DNA of 64,000 nucleotides from positions 585,167 through 649,166 of the forward strand of contig NW_013657677.1 of assembly GCF_000142905.1 (NCBI RefSeq), in the 5' to 3' direction. Position 1 is the stretch's first letter; every line of letters starts with the position of its first letter. Origin of the DNA: Thecamonas trahens ATCC 50062. Taxonomy: Eukaryota; Protista; Apusomonadida. The notes beneath the pieces were generated by a model. That model saw nothing but the letters and a program-made list of their open reading frames with translations, was not told where the DNA came from and did not search any database. Positions 28,444-40,557 of this stretch are shown one piece after another. The position numbers and the translations under genes are program-made.

Positions 28444-30543
28444 ATGCAACAAATGGTGAATGACATTGCGACTCACAAGACAAGGCAAACAACCATACGA
28501 TGTGATGGTCGTTTCTGGATCTGATGGGTGTTGGCGGTGTTGGTGGTGGTGGTGGTGGTGGTGGTGGACAAGACAGTGGCCCTTTTCGTGGGGCTTGTGG
28601 CGGTGGCCGTTCTGGCGGCGACGGTGGTCTCGGCTGACGAGCCTGTGGGCACAGTCATTGGCATCGATCTCGGCACGACGTACTCGTGCGTGGGAGTGTT
28701 CAAGAACGGACGTGTGGAGATTCTGACCAACGAGCTGGGCAACCGGATCACGCCGTCGTGGGTGGCGTTCTCCGAGTCTGGCGAGCGGCTCATCGGCGAG
28801 GCGGCCAAGAACCAGGCTGCGCTCAACCCGGAGAACACGATCTACGACGCCAAGCGTCTGATCGGGCGGTCGTTTGACGACAAGGACGTCCAGCGCGACC
28901 GCAAGCTCCTGCCGTTCAAGATTGTCAACGACGGCGGCCGGCCGAAGATCGAGGTCTCGGTCAAGGGCGATGTGAAGCGGTTCACGGCCGAGGAGATCTC
29001 GGCCATGGTCCTGACCAAGATGAAGCAGGTTGCCGAGGCGTACCTCGGGCACGAGGTCAACAACGCAGTGGTCACTGTCCCGGCGTACTTTAACGACGCG
29101 CAGCGGCAGGCGACCAAGGACGCCGGCACCATTTCGGGTCTCAACGTCATGCGGATCATCAACGAGCCGACGGCTGCGGCGATTGCCTACGGTCTCGACA
29201 AGACCGGCGCCGAGAAGAACATCCTGGTCTTTGACCTTGGTGGCGGCACCTTTGACGTCTCGATGCTCACCATCGACAACGGCGTGTTTGAGGTGATGGC
29301 GACGAACGGCGACACTCACCTCGGCGGTGAGGACTTTGACCAGCGGGTCATGGCGCACCTCATCAAGATCTTCAAGAAGAAGACCGGCATTGACCTCAAG
29401 GCCGGCAACCACAAGAAGGCGCTCGCCAAGCTCCGCCGCGAGGTCGAGAAGGCCAAGCGTGCGCTCTCGACAGTCCACCAGACCAAGATCGAGATCGAGG
29501 CTCTCGAGGACGGGCAGGACCTGTCGGAGACCCTGACTCGGGCCAAGTTTGAGGAGCTCAACATGGACCTGTTCAAGAAGACGCTCGGCCCGGTCAAGAA
29601 GGTCCTCAAGGACTCTGGCCTTGCCAAGTCTGAGGTCGACGAGATTGTGCTTGTGGGCGGTTCGACTCGGATCCCCAAGGTGCAGGAGATGATCAAGAAG
29701 GTGTTCAACGGCAAGGAGCCGAACCGCGGGATCAACCCCGACGAGGCTGTGGCCTACGGCGCCGCCGTCCAGGGCGGTGTGCTCTCGGACGAGGAGGGTA
29801 CCGGCGACGTGGTCCTCCTTGACATGACTCCGCTCTCGCTCGGCATCGAGACCGTCGGCGGCGTCATGACCAACATCATCGACCGCAACACCGTGGTCCC
29901 GACCAAGAAGTCCCGCGTCTTCTCGACGTACCAGGACAACCAGGAGCAGGTTGACATCCAGGTGTACGAGGGCGAGCGTGGCATGACCAAGGACAACCAC
30001 CTGCTCGGCTCGTTTGTGCTGTCGGGCATTGCGCCCGCGCCGCGCGGCGTGCCGCAGATCGAGGTCCAGTTTGAGGTCGACGTCAACGGCATCCTCCGCG
30101 TTACCGCCGAGGACAAGGGCTCTGGCAACTCGGAGGAGATCACCATCACCTCGGAGACCGGCCGCCTCTCCGAGGAGGAGATCCAGCGTATGCTCGAGGA
30201 GGCTGAGCAGTTTGCCGAGGAGGACCGCGCCGCCACCGAGCGCATCCAGGCCCGCAACTCGCTCGAGTCGTACGCCTACTCGCTCCGCTCGCAGATCGAC
30301 GACCCCGAGAAGCTCGCCGACAAGCTCGATGAGAGCGAGATCGAGGAGATCCGCGACGCCGTCAACGTCGCCGTCGAGTGGCTCGACGACAACCCCGAGG
30401 CTGACAAGGAGGACTACGACGAGCAGCGCGAGGCTCTCGAGGCCGTCGCCAACCCCATCATCTCCAAGCTGTACGAGGGCGGTGCCCCGGGCGCTGGCGG
30501 TGACGACTTTGACGAGGACTTTGACGACCACGACGAGCTCTAG
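28444..30543 (+). CDS. HSPA5: ER luminal Hsp70 (BiP/GRP78); probable short first exon 28444-28455 and intron 28456-28572
   Basis: Motifs [34 protein letters not shown] and [12 protein letters not shown]. Signal peptide [21 protein letters not shown] and C-terminal HDEL. The first exon (MQQM) is tentative. Confidence 0.97.
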
Positions 30544-30639
30544 TTGAGGTCTGGTGAAGAAATGAACTCTGCACTGTCACAGCCGCTGCCGCTCTGCGCT
30601 CACCTGTCATGCCACGCCACCACACGCCTCGCCGAACAA

Positions 30640-31691
30640 ATGCTTCGATTGAAGAACTTTGCGACCGTCGCCTTCCACACGTCCGTCGCCAACGCGTTTG
30701 CCCCGCGGCCATGGCGTGCATCCCGGCCACTGCCGCAGCCAGCTGGTACTCGACAACTCGGCCACCTGCTTCTCCGCAGGTTGTTCAGCGCGTTGATGAC
30801 TTGCGCAAAGTGGTCAACGAGCTCGACCGTCCGCTGGGCTTTGTCCCCACCATGGGCGCGCTGCACGACGGCCACCTCTCGCTCGTTACTGCTGCCGGCG
30901 AGGCCTGCAACTCGGTGGTTGTCTCGATCTTTGTCAATCCGACTCAGTTCTCAGAGACCGAAGACTTTAGCGCATATCCGCGGACGCTCGACGGTGATCT
31001 AGAGGCGCTCGAGAGGAACGGCGTGCCTGTGGACGTGGTGTGGGCGCCGACGGTCGATGACATGTACCCACACCTCGGCTCAGTGCAAGAGTCCGGCCGA
31101 CTGCCAAGCCTGGCGACTCGCGGTGGGACGCTGGTGCGGACGGAGGGTGTGTCTGATGGGCTGGAAGCTGCGTCACGGCCGCACTTTTTCGACGGTGTCT
31201 GCACTGTTGTTACCAAGCTGATCAACGCCGTGAGCCCGGACGCCATGTTTCTCGGTCAGAAGGACGCCCAGCAGTGCGCAGTCCTCCGCAAGATGAGTCG
31301 CGATCTGCTCCTCCCACTGGAGGTGGTGGTTGTGCCGACTGTGCGTGAGCCGTCCGGCCTCGCCCTCTCGTCGCGCAACGCGTACCTGACCGACGACGAG
31401 CGAGCGTCTGCCGCTGCCATTTACCAAGCGCTCGAGCATACGCGCGCAGCGCACGCTGCCGCACCCGACAAGCTCACGCCGTCGGCGATCCGCGAAGACG
31501 TCGCTGCACGCATCACTGCGGCCGGTGGTGAGCTCGACTACGTCGCAGCCTCGGATCCGGAAACGCTGCAGGATCTAGACTGCAACACGCCGGTGGAGAG
31601 AGCGCTTGTCTCGGTGGCGGTGTACTGGGGTGAGTCGCGAACGCGGCTGATTGACAACATGCACTTTAGCGCAGAGCAAAGTACGGGCTGA
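30640..31691 (+). CDS. panC: Pantothenate synthetase (pantoate--beta-alanine ligase)
   Basis: Motifs GFVPTMGALHDGHLSL, SIFVNPTQF, RPHFFDGVCTVVTKL, GQKDAQQ, GLALSSRNAYL and RLIDN. The start at 30640 needs one extra C at ~30701-30704; the in-frame alternatives are 30609 and 30711. Confidence 0.93.
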
Positions 31692-31731
31692 GGCTCGCTG
31701 AGCGTGAGGCAAGACGGCTTGGCGAGCAGTG

Positions 31732-33141
31732 CTACAGCTTGAGGAACCACTGCCTGCGATACATGATCCACGCCACCAGCCACCAGAGCGCGAGGACGGC
31801 ACCTGCCATGGCCGACGACGCCAACGACGGTGACATCCAGGACGCAAAGGCCTTGACATACAACCAGTGCCAGAGCGAGACGCGCTCGCCGTTGAGCGAG
31901 ACCTTGACGTTGTCCATCAGCACCAGCTCGAGCTCGAGCATGCCGAGAAAGACGGCAAGCGGGTTGCATCCGATCCACACCAGCGGCTGGCCCAGCTTGC
32001 GCGCGGCGACGACAAGTGGTGCGCGCTGGAAGCCCGGCATGTCCATGGCGGCGTAGAGGCCCGCAAGGAGGAGCCCGCCGCAGCCGGCGGTCATGAGCGC
32101 AAAGTTGACAGTGTACCGCTTTTTGGAGAACTGCATGACCGGGAGGAGGGCAAGCGAGATGACGACGGCCATGAGCGAGAGCGCTGCCCAGGCGACAGCC
32201 ACCATCTTGGCTTGCATGTGGACAAACGACTGTGCATCGCGTGGGAGCATGTGGGCCGGCGCTCGCGGCGCGTTGACAAGGATGCGCCCCAGCTCGAGGC
32301 CAGCAAAGGTGGTGACCGTCGCCGTCAGCGTCGAGGTGAGGCCCTCGGGGTCGTTTGGCCACATCATGTTAGAGCGGCCAAAGACCGAGCGGTCGATGTA
32401 CGCCCCGCCGTTGCAATACGGCGTCAGCTTGCCATCACCGCATCCGTCCGGCACGTCGACGGCGTACATGATGACAAGGTAGAGACCGGCGCCGAGGACA
32501 ACCGCAATGCGCTGGCCAAGCGGTGGGAGCGTGAGGTAGAGGACCGCAACAAGACCGTAGCAAAGGCCCAGCCGCTGGAGAACGCCCATGATGCGGAGCT
32601 TGCCAAACTCAAAGTTGGTTCCCTGCAAGTTGGCGAGGAGGCCGAGGCCAAACAGCGCCACACTCCGCCGCGCAACCTTGATCCACACTGCCCGATCCCT
32701 GCAGACGCCAACAGGACTCGCGCTCCATGCCGCCCGCTTGAGCGCCATGGCCACCGCCGATCCCATGATGAAGAGAAAGAAGGGAAAGATAAAGTCTGCG
32801 GTGCCTAGCCCGTTCCACACCGTCTCGTGAAACGGCCACCAGACATGCTGCGGCGAGCCCTGGTTGTCGATCATCATCATCATCACAATGGTAAAGCCTC
32901 GGAAAACATCGAGCGAGAACAATCGAACCTTGCCCACCTTGCCACCGCCACCGCCAACCTCTCCGCCATCGCCATCTCCGCCTTTGCCATCTCCGCCATC
33001 GCCATCTCCGCCATCGCCATACCGCCTGTCATCGATTCCGTTGCCTCTCGCTCTGCCTGCACCCAATGCCGCCTTGGTCGGCCTTCCCGAGAGCGAATGT
33101 CCAGCTGGTGGTAGAAGCGGTGCTTCTTCGTCAGTCGACAT
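31732..33141 (-). CDS. HGSNAT: HGSNAT-like (heparan-alpha-glucosaminide N-acetyltransferase family) polytopic membrane protein
   Basis: Motifs RLFSLDVFRG, WNGLGTADFIFPFFLFIMG, LRIMGVLQRLG and DPEGLTSTL. About 11 hydrophobic segments. N-terminal dileucine EEAPLL. Confidence 0.85.
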   Translation of the reverse strand: MSTDEEAPLLPPAGHSLSGRPTKAALGAGRARGNGIDDRRYGDGGDGDGGDGKGGDGDGGEVGGGGGKVGKVRLFSLDVFRGFTIVMMMMIDNQGSPQHVWWPFHETVWNGLGTADFIFPFFLFIMGSAVAMALKRAAWSASPVGVCRDRAVWIKVARRSVALFGLGLLANLQGTNFEFGKLRIMGVLQRLGLCYGLVAVLYLTLPPLGQRIAVVLGAGLYLVIMYAVDVPDGCGDGKLTPYCNGGAYIDRSVFGRSNMMWPNDPEGLTSTLTATVTTFAGLELGRILVNAPRAPAHMLPRDAQSFVHMQAKMVAVAWAALSLMAVVISLALLPVMQFSKKRYTVNFALMTAGCGGLLLAGLYAAMDMPGFQRAPLVVAARKLGQPLVWIGCNPLAVFLGMLELELVLMDNVKVSLNGERVSLWHWLYVKAFASWMSPSLASSAMAGAVLALWWLVAWIMYRRQWFLKL

Positions 33142-33617
33142 GATACTTTTCAGTGTGTGGAGTGCGGTGCGAGGTGAGAGAGCGTGGTAGAGAGCAGAGA
33201 GAGGGAGAGAGAGCGGCGGGAGCCGTGCGCCGCCGTTTGGTTGGGAGCGTTTTTTTTCCGATGGGGAGATGACCCGGATGTTTTGTAGGTCGTGTAGCGG
33301 TGTGGCTGGTGCAGGTGGCTGATACATGGCCTTGTCGCTCTGTTCTTATGGCCTTGTGCACATTGATGTTCGTGGGGTGTTGGGGAGAGAGAGGGGGGGG
33401 CGGTGTCCATCGTAAGTCGACAGTCTGGGAGGGCATGTGTGGAAAATGTCGTGATCTTTGAGCTGAACTTTGCTCGTGGCTGATTAACGAGGAGGATGAC
33501 ATCACACACGCAGCACTCGAGCGATGTGGCCATAGGTGGCACGACCTGCACCGTCCGCAGAGTGGCGTAGATCGCGAGAGAGCCAAAAGCTAGGTGTGGA
33601 ACCACTATTTCTTTCAA

Positions 33618-35961
33618 TCAGCTGTCGACGTTGCGGGACTCGCTCATAGCGGCGGCGGAAAAGGCGGCGGATGGGAACGAGCCAGTATCGTTGTGTGCAG
33701 AAGAGTCGTGCGCAGCGTTAGCTGCGGATGAGGTTGGCTGGAGAGGGACGTTGAGCAGGCCGTCATCGTCGTCGACCGAGCCGGAGAGCTCGTCAGGCGG
33801 AAGCTCGGCGTATCCGTCGTCGTCGTAGGTGACGGTTGCGGCGACGGGCTGGGCGGACACGGGAGTAGCGACCGGAACAGCGATGGGGAGACCCGACTGC
33901 GAGCCGTTGTAGGTGCGGAGCGGCGCGTTTGAGGAGGCAAGGAGCGACGAGGCCGCGGGAGTGTACGAGCCCTGGGCGCCGGCAAAAGAGAGGGCGACGG
34001 CTCGATTTTCGTCGAGCGGCCACGAGCCGACGGCGACGGTGAAGACAAACATGGCGCGGAGGGCGAAGAAGAAGAGAAAGGCAAACGAGGTGGTGGGGCG
34101 GAGGTTGCCTGTGAGTGCAGCAAACGAGATGCAGAAGAGGTAGATGGCGGTGACAGCGGAGAGGACCGAGTAGCGGCGGTAGAACGGCATGGTGACCCGG
34201 ATCTTGATGCCTGCGAGGACAACGACGACGAGGGTGTAGACGAGGGTGACGACCCAGAGGAGCTCGACAACAAAGACAAAGGCAGCGTACGCGTGGTTGC
34301 CGTTCCATGCGCGGACCGGGTCGTTTGCAAGCTCGGCGTTGACGAGGACGACGGTGAGCCACATGAGAAAGGCGAGGAGGGTGACGATGACGGCCTTGGG
34401 GAGGTAGAACCACCATCCGTGGGCGCGGAGGGCGGCGGCTTGCGGGCCGTGGGCGGCAAAGACGGCCATGGTGTGGAAGCGGCCAAAGGTGATGAGGACA
34501 AAGCCGAGGACAACGGCCTCAAACTGGACGACAGTAAAGGCCGAGAGCGCCGAAGTGAACCAGTTGTGGACGATGAGGTCAAAGGGCATGAACGGGTTGG
34601 AGTAGATGACAAGCGAGAGGAGGAGGACGAGCGCGGCCCGCTGCTCGTACTGCCAGTAGTAAACGGTCGAGCCGGAGAGGTCGGCGCCCGGGTCGAGGCG
34701 GGTGAGGACCGGCGAGTAGCGCGAGATGTAGAAGCCTGAGACCCAGGCCGGGAGCGACTTGAAGCCGCCCTTGACGAGGATGAGGCAGACGAGGAGGGCG
34801 ATGGTGACGATGGCGTAGACAACGCGGGCGGTGATGGAGAGAACAGTAAAGGTGGCGTTGACGGTGGTGAAGAGAAAGTGGATGTTGGCAATCCACTCGG
34901 TGTCGACCAGGGCGTCGGGCATGGAGATGACGACCTCGTACGACGACGAGTCAATAAACGGCTCGAGAATGACGAGGAGCGAGTCGCACACGGGCTGGCC
35001 ACCATCGCATACCAGGTTGAGCCCGTGCTCGAGGTTGCCGCGCATGGGCTGGTAGACGTTGCCGGCAACTTGCTTCAACAGCTGTACATCGAGGTCGTAA
35101 GCCGAGTACTCGCGGGCAACAAGGTCCTTGGACTCGAACCCAAGCTCAAGCGAGAACAACTGGTTGAGCTCCGAGAGGCCGTCGAGGAAGCGGGTAAAGG
35201 TGTCATTCGAGGTGAAGACCGGAATGCAGCCGGCGCATGTCGACGGCGAGCACGTGCGGTTCCAGCGGTCGAGCGGGCAGTCGAACGCGTAGTCGCCGGT
35301 TGTCTCGAACACGTCCGGGCCGAGGCCGCCGATGAGCATCGAGATGCAGAGGATGAAGAGGGCGGCGGACGAAGCGATGAGCCAGAACCGGCGACCGGCG
35401 TGGTCCATCACCATGTTATCGCGGAATCTGTGCAAGGTGTGGGAGAAGAGGGTTAGTGGTGTGCGTGTCTGTGCCGGCCCGCGTGTGTCGGCCCGCGAGC
35501 GTCGATCAGATTCGTGTCGATCAGTGTGTCTCCCACCAGCTCGCGTGTCCGACCGCCCCCAACCCGTTGTGTCTGATCAGTCTGTTGTGCCCGACCGCCC
35601 CCAAACCGTTGTGTCTGATCACTCTGTCGTGCCCAACCAGCCCAACCAGCCCAACCAGCCCGTGTCCGCCCAGCCCAACCAGCCCAACCAGCCCGTCTCT
35701 GCCCAGCCCAACCAGCCCGTCTCTGCCCAGCCCAACCAGCCCAACCAGCCCGTGTCCGACCAGCCTAGCCTAGCCCAGCCCACACAGGCCTCCCCTCCCT
35801 CCTCTCCCCTCCCCTCTCTCCCCCCCTCGCACGTGCGTTCTCCCCTCCCCTCCCTCCCCCCCCCCCCCCACTCCCCCCCACACGTACGCAAGCTGTGCGG
35901 TGGCCCGGACCAGCACAGACGGCTGCTCCGCGCCTGCTGACGTCGTTTCCTGACTCTCCAT
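33618..35961 (-). CDS. TMEM181: TMEM181 (GPR178)/Wntless-like membrane protein; exons 35961-35888 and 35427-33618
   Basis: GGLGPDV, LSELNQ, FTTVNATF, WQYEQ...LLLSLVIYSNPF and FYLPK match TMEM181 motifs. A phase-2 intron (GTACGT...CTAAC...CACAG, 35887-35428) joins MESQETT...AQLA to FRDNMVMDH in frame. Confidence 0.82.
35632..35775. repeat. Intronic compound repeat of CCCAACCAG 9-mers and CCCGTSTCYGCCCAG units
   Basis: Repeated cccaaccag units seen directly inside the TMEM181 intron. Confidence 0.8.
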
Positions 35962-36444
35962 GCGCTTGCGCCTTGGCGTCGAGTCTACCACCGTCGTACC
36001 CGTACTTGTCCTTGTCCTCGTGCTCGACGGCGTCGCCTCGCCTTCTTTGGTTGCGAATGGCGTGCGACGGGGACGGGCACGGAAGCCATGCCCGACAACG
36101 TGCTGAGGACACACATCATTTGATGTCACTCCACAAGTTGCATTCGGCCGAGCCACTATGTTTGTATTGAAAAGCTCTCCATGATGATGTCCCACGCCAC
36201 TGCGATCTGCCTCCCACGCTCCCACTGCGTTTGTAGGTGGCCGTGCGTGCAGGCGAGCGTACCATCACCACCGCTATCAGCACCATTGGCACTCGCCACT
36301 CTGTCCCTCTGACCGCCAACTTCGCCATCACGATTCATCGCTACCGTAGGTGCCGTGCCGTATGTGATGCATGATGGCCCTCTGGCATACGGTGCCATTC
36401 GTGGTCTCGGGCAGGGGCCACACCCGTCTCTCTCCGCCTCACCC

Positions 36445-39110
36445 ATGCGGGTGACGGTAGCTGCAGCATGGCAAGCCGATCACATCGCGAGCGTGCTTGT
36501 ACCCCAACCGCCGTCTGGTTCTTGGAGCGACTTTACCCGTACCGTCAAGGCCAAGCTTAACCTCCCCGCTGTATGTACTTGCGCATTCTCCTTACCCGCC
36601 CCAGCAACCTGTCCGTTGACTGACTGCCCGAACGGCCGTTGGACGGCTCAGCTGCGCTCGCACTCACACGCCATCAACTCTGCGTAGGACACCGACATTG
36701 TCATCCGCACAGCAACTGGCGGCCAAGTCGATGCGCTGCAGCTTCTTTTGCAAGGGGATGAGCTTGTTGTCGACCGCATCCCCCGTCACCGCCGTCGCCG
36801 CTGCCCGACAGTGGTGATGATGACGACACTCCGGCTGGTGTCAAGGACCACCCACGAGTCCCACCCATTGGCCTGCATCTAGACGAGCTGGTGACACAGC
36901 GGAGCGGCAAGTCACCACGGAGAACGCCAAGACTGCTGAGACCAGGCACAGTTAACGCCGAGGGCTCTGGCGTCTTTGCCAAGTCGGTCCGCTCGCGATC
37001 CGGAAGGGCCATCTACCGGTGGCGGGGTAACCTGAGCTTCGATCCGCTCTGCGAGGCTGTGCTCGCAGCCCACTTTCAAAACAACCTCACTCGCCTCGCC
37101 TCGTTTACTCGCGCATCGGTCTCGGTCGCGCCACTTCCCAACTCGCCATCGTTCCATATTGTCCTCCGCTCGCGGGCGAAGAACACCTCCGACTTTCGCG
37201 TAGTCCGCCACGCCACCAAGGCTCCGGCTACTACTGCAGTTACCGACGCCGATTCGGGCCCACGCCGCGGCGTCGGACTCGCCGGCCATGCATCTTATGG
37301 CCATCTCTCATTCCGGGTCAAGCTCGCCTGCGCAGAGTGGTCGGCTGTCGACGCGCCGCTCTTCTTTGATGGCTTCCTCCTTGCCCTCCACCACCTTGCC
37401 CGGCCCGAGACGTATGCTGTTGAGCCAGCGACCGACGAGGTGGGCATGTCTGGCAAGCGGCTTGATCCCCGATCGACAACAGCACACGGAGCTACGCCCA
37501 CGAGACAAAGGTTAACGCCTTCGTCCTCCCACCCACAGGCGCACTCGACCTCAGCCTCGACTACCTCAACAACGAAGGCGTTCAACTCCAGTACCAGCCC
37601 GCCCACGAGCGGTTTGTGACCGTTGAGATCCCGGCCGGCCACAAGTTTGTCCTCCACGGCGCCTTTGTCCGCCCGCAGACCCTTGTCAACTCGGCTACCG
37701 GAGCCATCGCCACCATCCCCACCTCCATCTGGGTCGGGAAGGACATCGGCCCGCTCGTCGGTCACCGCGCCTTTGGCCCGCACGTCGCCCCGCAAGATCT
37801 CGAGCTCGATTGGAGCCAGCTCCTCGACTATGAGTGGGGCTCACACAAGAAAGGCTCCGAGCAGCTGCGACAGGCGACCCAGCGTGGCGGCCGGGCCGGC
37901 ACCCATCCCTCTGCCCTTCGACCAGTCCGGCTCTCCATCAAGCGCAAGTACTACGGTCCGGCTACACTCACCTTTTACATCGTTTCGGGCGCCGCTACTC
38001 TCGACGGCCGCATCTACCAGCTGTCGGAAAAGTTCCTTCGCCGCCAGGCCCGTCGATCCGGCGCCCTCGCCGGTGCAGGTCTGCACGACATGGACGGTCT
38101 CCTCCGCATGCGAACCATGGCCGAGCTCTCAGGCCTCACTGCTCTCCGCGGTCAGCTCGAGTCGCTTGACGCCAGTACTCAGGACGCGCTGCTGGCCTCG
38201 TCGGGCGTAGGCCTCAGCCGAGATGCGATCGAGTCCCGCTACGCCGAGCTCGCCACCATGGCCCGCTCCCTCGGCGCCTCATCAACCGAGCTCGACGCTG
38301 CCACTGTTGTCCGTGGCGCCTTGGCTTCACCAGTCAGTATCACCAAGGCTCGCGTTGTCGGCAAGTCGCGCGCTGGTGTCATTACCCAGGTCAAGCCGCG
38401 CAGCCGTAGAGCCTCGTCATCCGCTCCCTCGGCCCCGCGCCACACTCGTCGCAAGCCCTCGGTCCGGTTCAAGACCCACACCGCAAGCCGGCTAAGACCC
38501 GGCTCCCCATCTCGCGTCGCCGCGCCCGCTCGGCACCCCCTCTCGCCGCAAGCACAACATATTCCGCACCATCACTTGGTCCGAGCATCCACAATGCGAG
38601 GCGTGTAAGTACTTTGCCAAGCTCGAGGCCGAGCGCGTGAGCAAGCGCCCGCGATCGGCGCCGCCGGCAAAGTCGGCTCACAAACGTGCCGCCATCGATG
38701 CTCTTCATGGCTCCACAAACGCTTCGATGCACCACGCGCCCAATGTCTTTGTCCTCGACGACAACGACCACCTGCTGCATCTCGAGCACTCGCATCCAGT
38801 CGAGTATCCAACGCCCGATCTCGACGAGCTCCTCGCCACGCCAACAATCATGACTCCGCGTGCCGTCCGGGCTAACACCGCGACGCCCTGGCGCCAGCCC
38901 GATCCCGCGCCCACCCCTCGTCCATCCTCCCCACCGCCGACACGGCCGCGAACCACGACTGCGTCGTCATCCTTTGCCACCACACCCGCTCCGGCCTGGA
39001 CCCGCCTCCGTCCCGCTATCGACTCGGACGATGACGTCGCCGACGCCACCCCGATTCGCGGCGGCAACCGCTGGTCTCATGATCCCAGCACGATAGCCCA
39101 CTACATGTGA
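36445..39110 (+). CDS. Hypothetical protein with N-terminal KHA/ubiquitin-like module; intron 36571-36687; apparent frameshifts at ~36782, ~37468 and ~38540
   Basis: Exon 1 (MRVTVAAAW...KLNLPA) splices through GTATGT...TAG to DTDIVIRTATGGQVDALQLLLQGDELVV, resembling KHA-type GGxIDDxxLIxDxDxL. The ORFs at 36891, 37616 and 38637 are adjacent and can be linked by single-base shifts. Confidence 0.5.
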
Positions 39111-39286
39111 GCCAGTGGCAATGAAGCCCCCCCCCCCTCCCCCCTCCCCCCCCCCCTTTGCCGTCCTCGCCTACATCTGTTTTCATACCCACAAGTCCAC
39201 CCCCCACTCCCCGGCCCCGCCAAGCTCCGCTCGGCCGGCGGCAGCCGAAACCGAAAGTCGTCAGGTCTCTCTCATTTGATTTCTCC

Positions 39287-40521
39287 ATGTCTGAGCAAAA
39301 GGTAGTGCGGCGCAAACGGAGGGGACGTCGGAGGCGAGGAGGAGAGCGGGGAGGGGAAGAAGTTGAAGCTGAGCCTTCCTCTGGTGCTCCCGAGAGCTAT
39401 AGCCGCCATACACATACCGAGCATAATAACCATGACTCTCTTGTTCCTCTCTCTGACTCGGAGCACACCAGCGCGGACCATGACGGTGGCCATGGCGAGT
39501 CCCGTCGGAGGAGGAGGAGGAGGAGGCGACATGACGGCTGGGACGGCGACGACGAAGATGACAAGAAAGACCACAAGAGCCATACATCAGCATGTACAGA
39601 CGACAGTAGAAATGCTAGTGGGGACGAGGACCTCGCCGATGTCTCTACCCAGGAGCCGCATGTCGGTACCGTGCTGGAGCCAGAGTCCGACTCGGCAACT
39701 CGCCCAGGGCGGTCAAGCCTCTCGCCGCGTGACCCGCTCCCGCCTCGCAGACGGAGGAGGAGGAGGAAGAAGAAGAAGTCTCAAATCGGTGCTGATGACA
39801 GCTCGGACGAGATGCTGATGGAGGGCGGGAGGGTCTCTCCTGACTCGGGCGTCGGCGATGCCCGGCCGATAGACGATGACGGTGTCGAGATCCTGCGCTC
39901 GACCTCAACCCGCCGTCGTGCTGCTCGCCGTGGAGACGCTATGACAGAAGAAGTCGAGCAAGATGGTGGTGATGAACAGCATGGTGGCAATGCCGCGGCA
40001 GAGTCGGGGCAGAGGAGGCGCAAGAAGCGTCGGCGGTCGACGAGCCGAAGCCGTGACGCATCGAGCAGCAGAGATGGCGCCGATGATCAGGTCGAGGACG
40101 ACGAGTCGGTCGATGCCGAGTCTGGTAAGCGGCGACGGCGGCGACGGCGACGGCGACATGTGCGGCGGCAGAATGACTCGTCGTCGCACGCCAGCGGATC
40201 GACCGGCGACCTGCCGCCGGACGTCGCGGCGAGCCTGGCCGACATCGATGAGTCTGACGCGAGTGGCGAGCGAGTCTACGCCGTGGCTCCAGGCATTGTT
40301 GTGGCGCCGACGGCGTTTAGACCGACGCTGGTCGAGTCCGAGTCATCGGACGAGGTGGAGACACCCGAGCACGCCCATGTCGCTGTTCCCGACATCGAGC
40401 CTGACCACGCCGCCACCATCGCAAGCTACAACGGGAGCCACGCATCGACGTCGTCAGAAGAGACGTCGTCGGAGGAGACCGGGTGCAGCGAGCCCGAGCC
40501 AGCAGCCGAGGTGGCTGACGA

Positions 40522-40557
<36 letters not shown>

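Noticed and set aside
28432-30531. 699-aa antisense ORF over BiP
   Set aside because: This is the well-known antisense shadow of GC-biased Hsp70 genes (often mislabelled NAD-specific glutamate dehydrogenase). It has no independent motifs.
30746-30779. 34-nt intron linking the PanC leader to the core
   Set aside because: Splicing does not restore the PanC frame.
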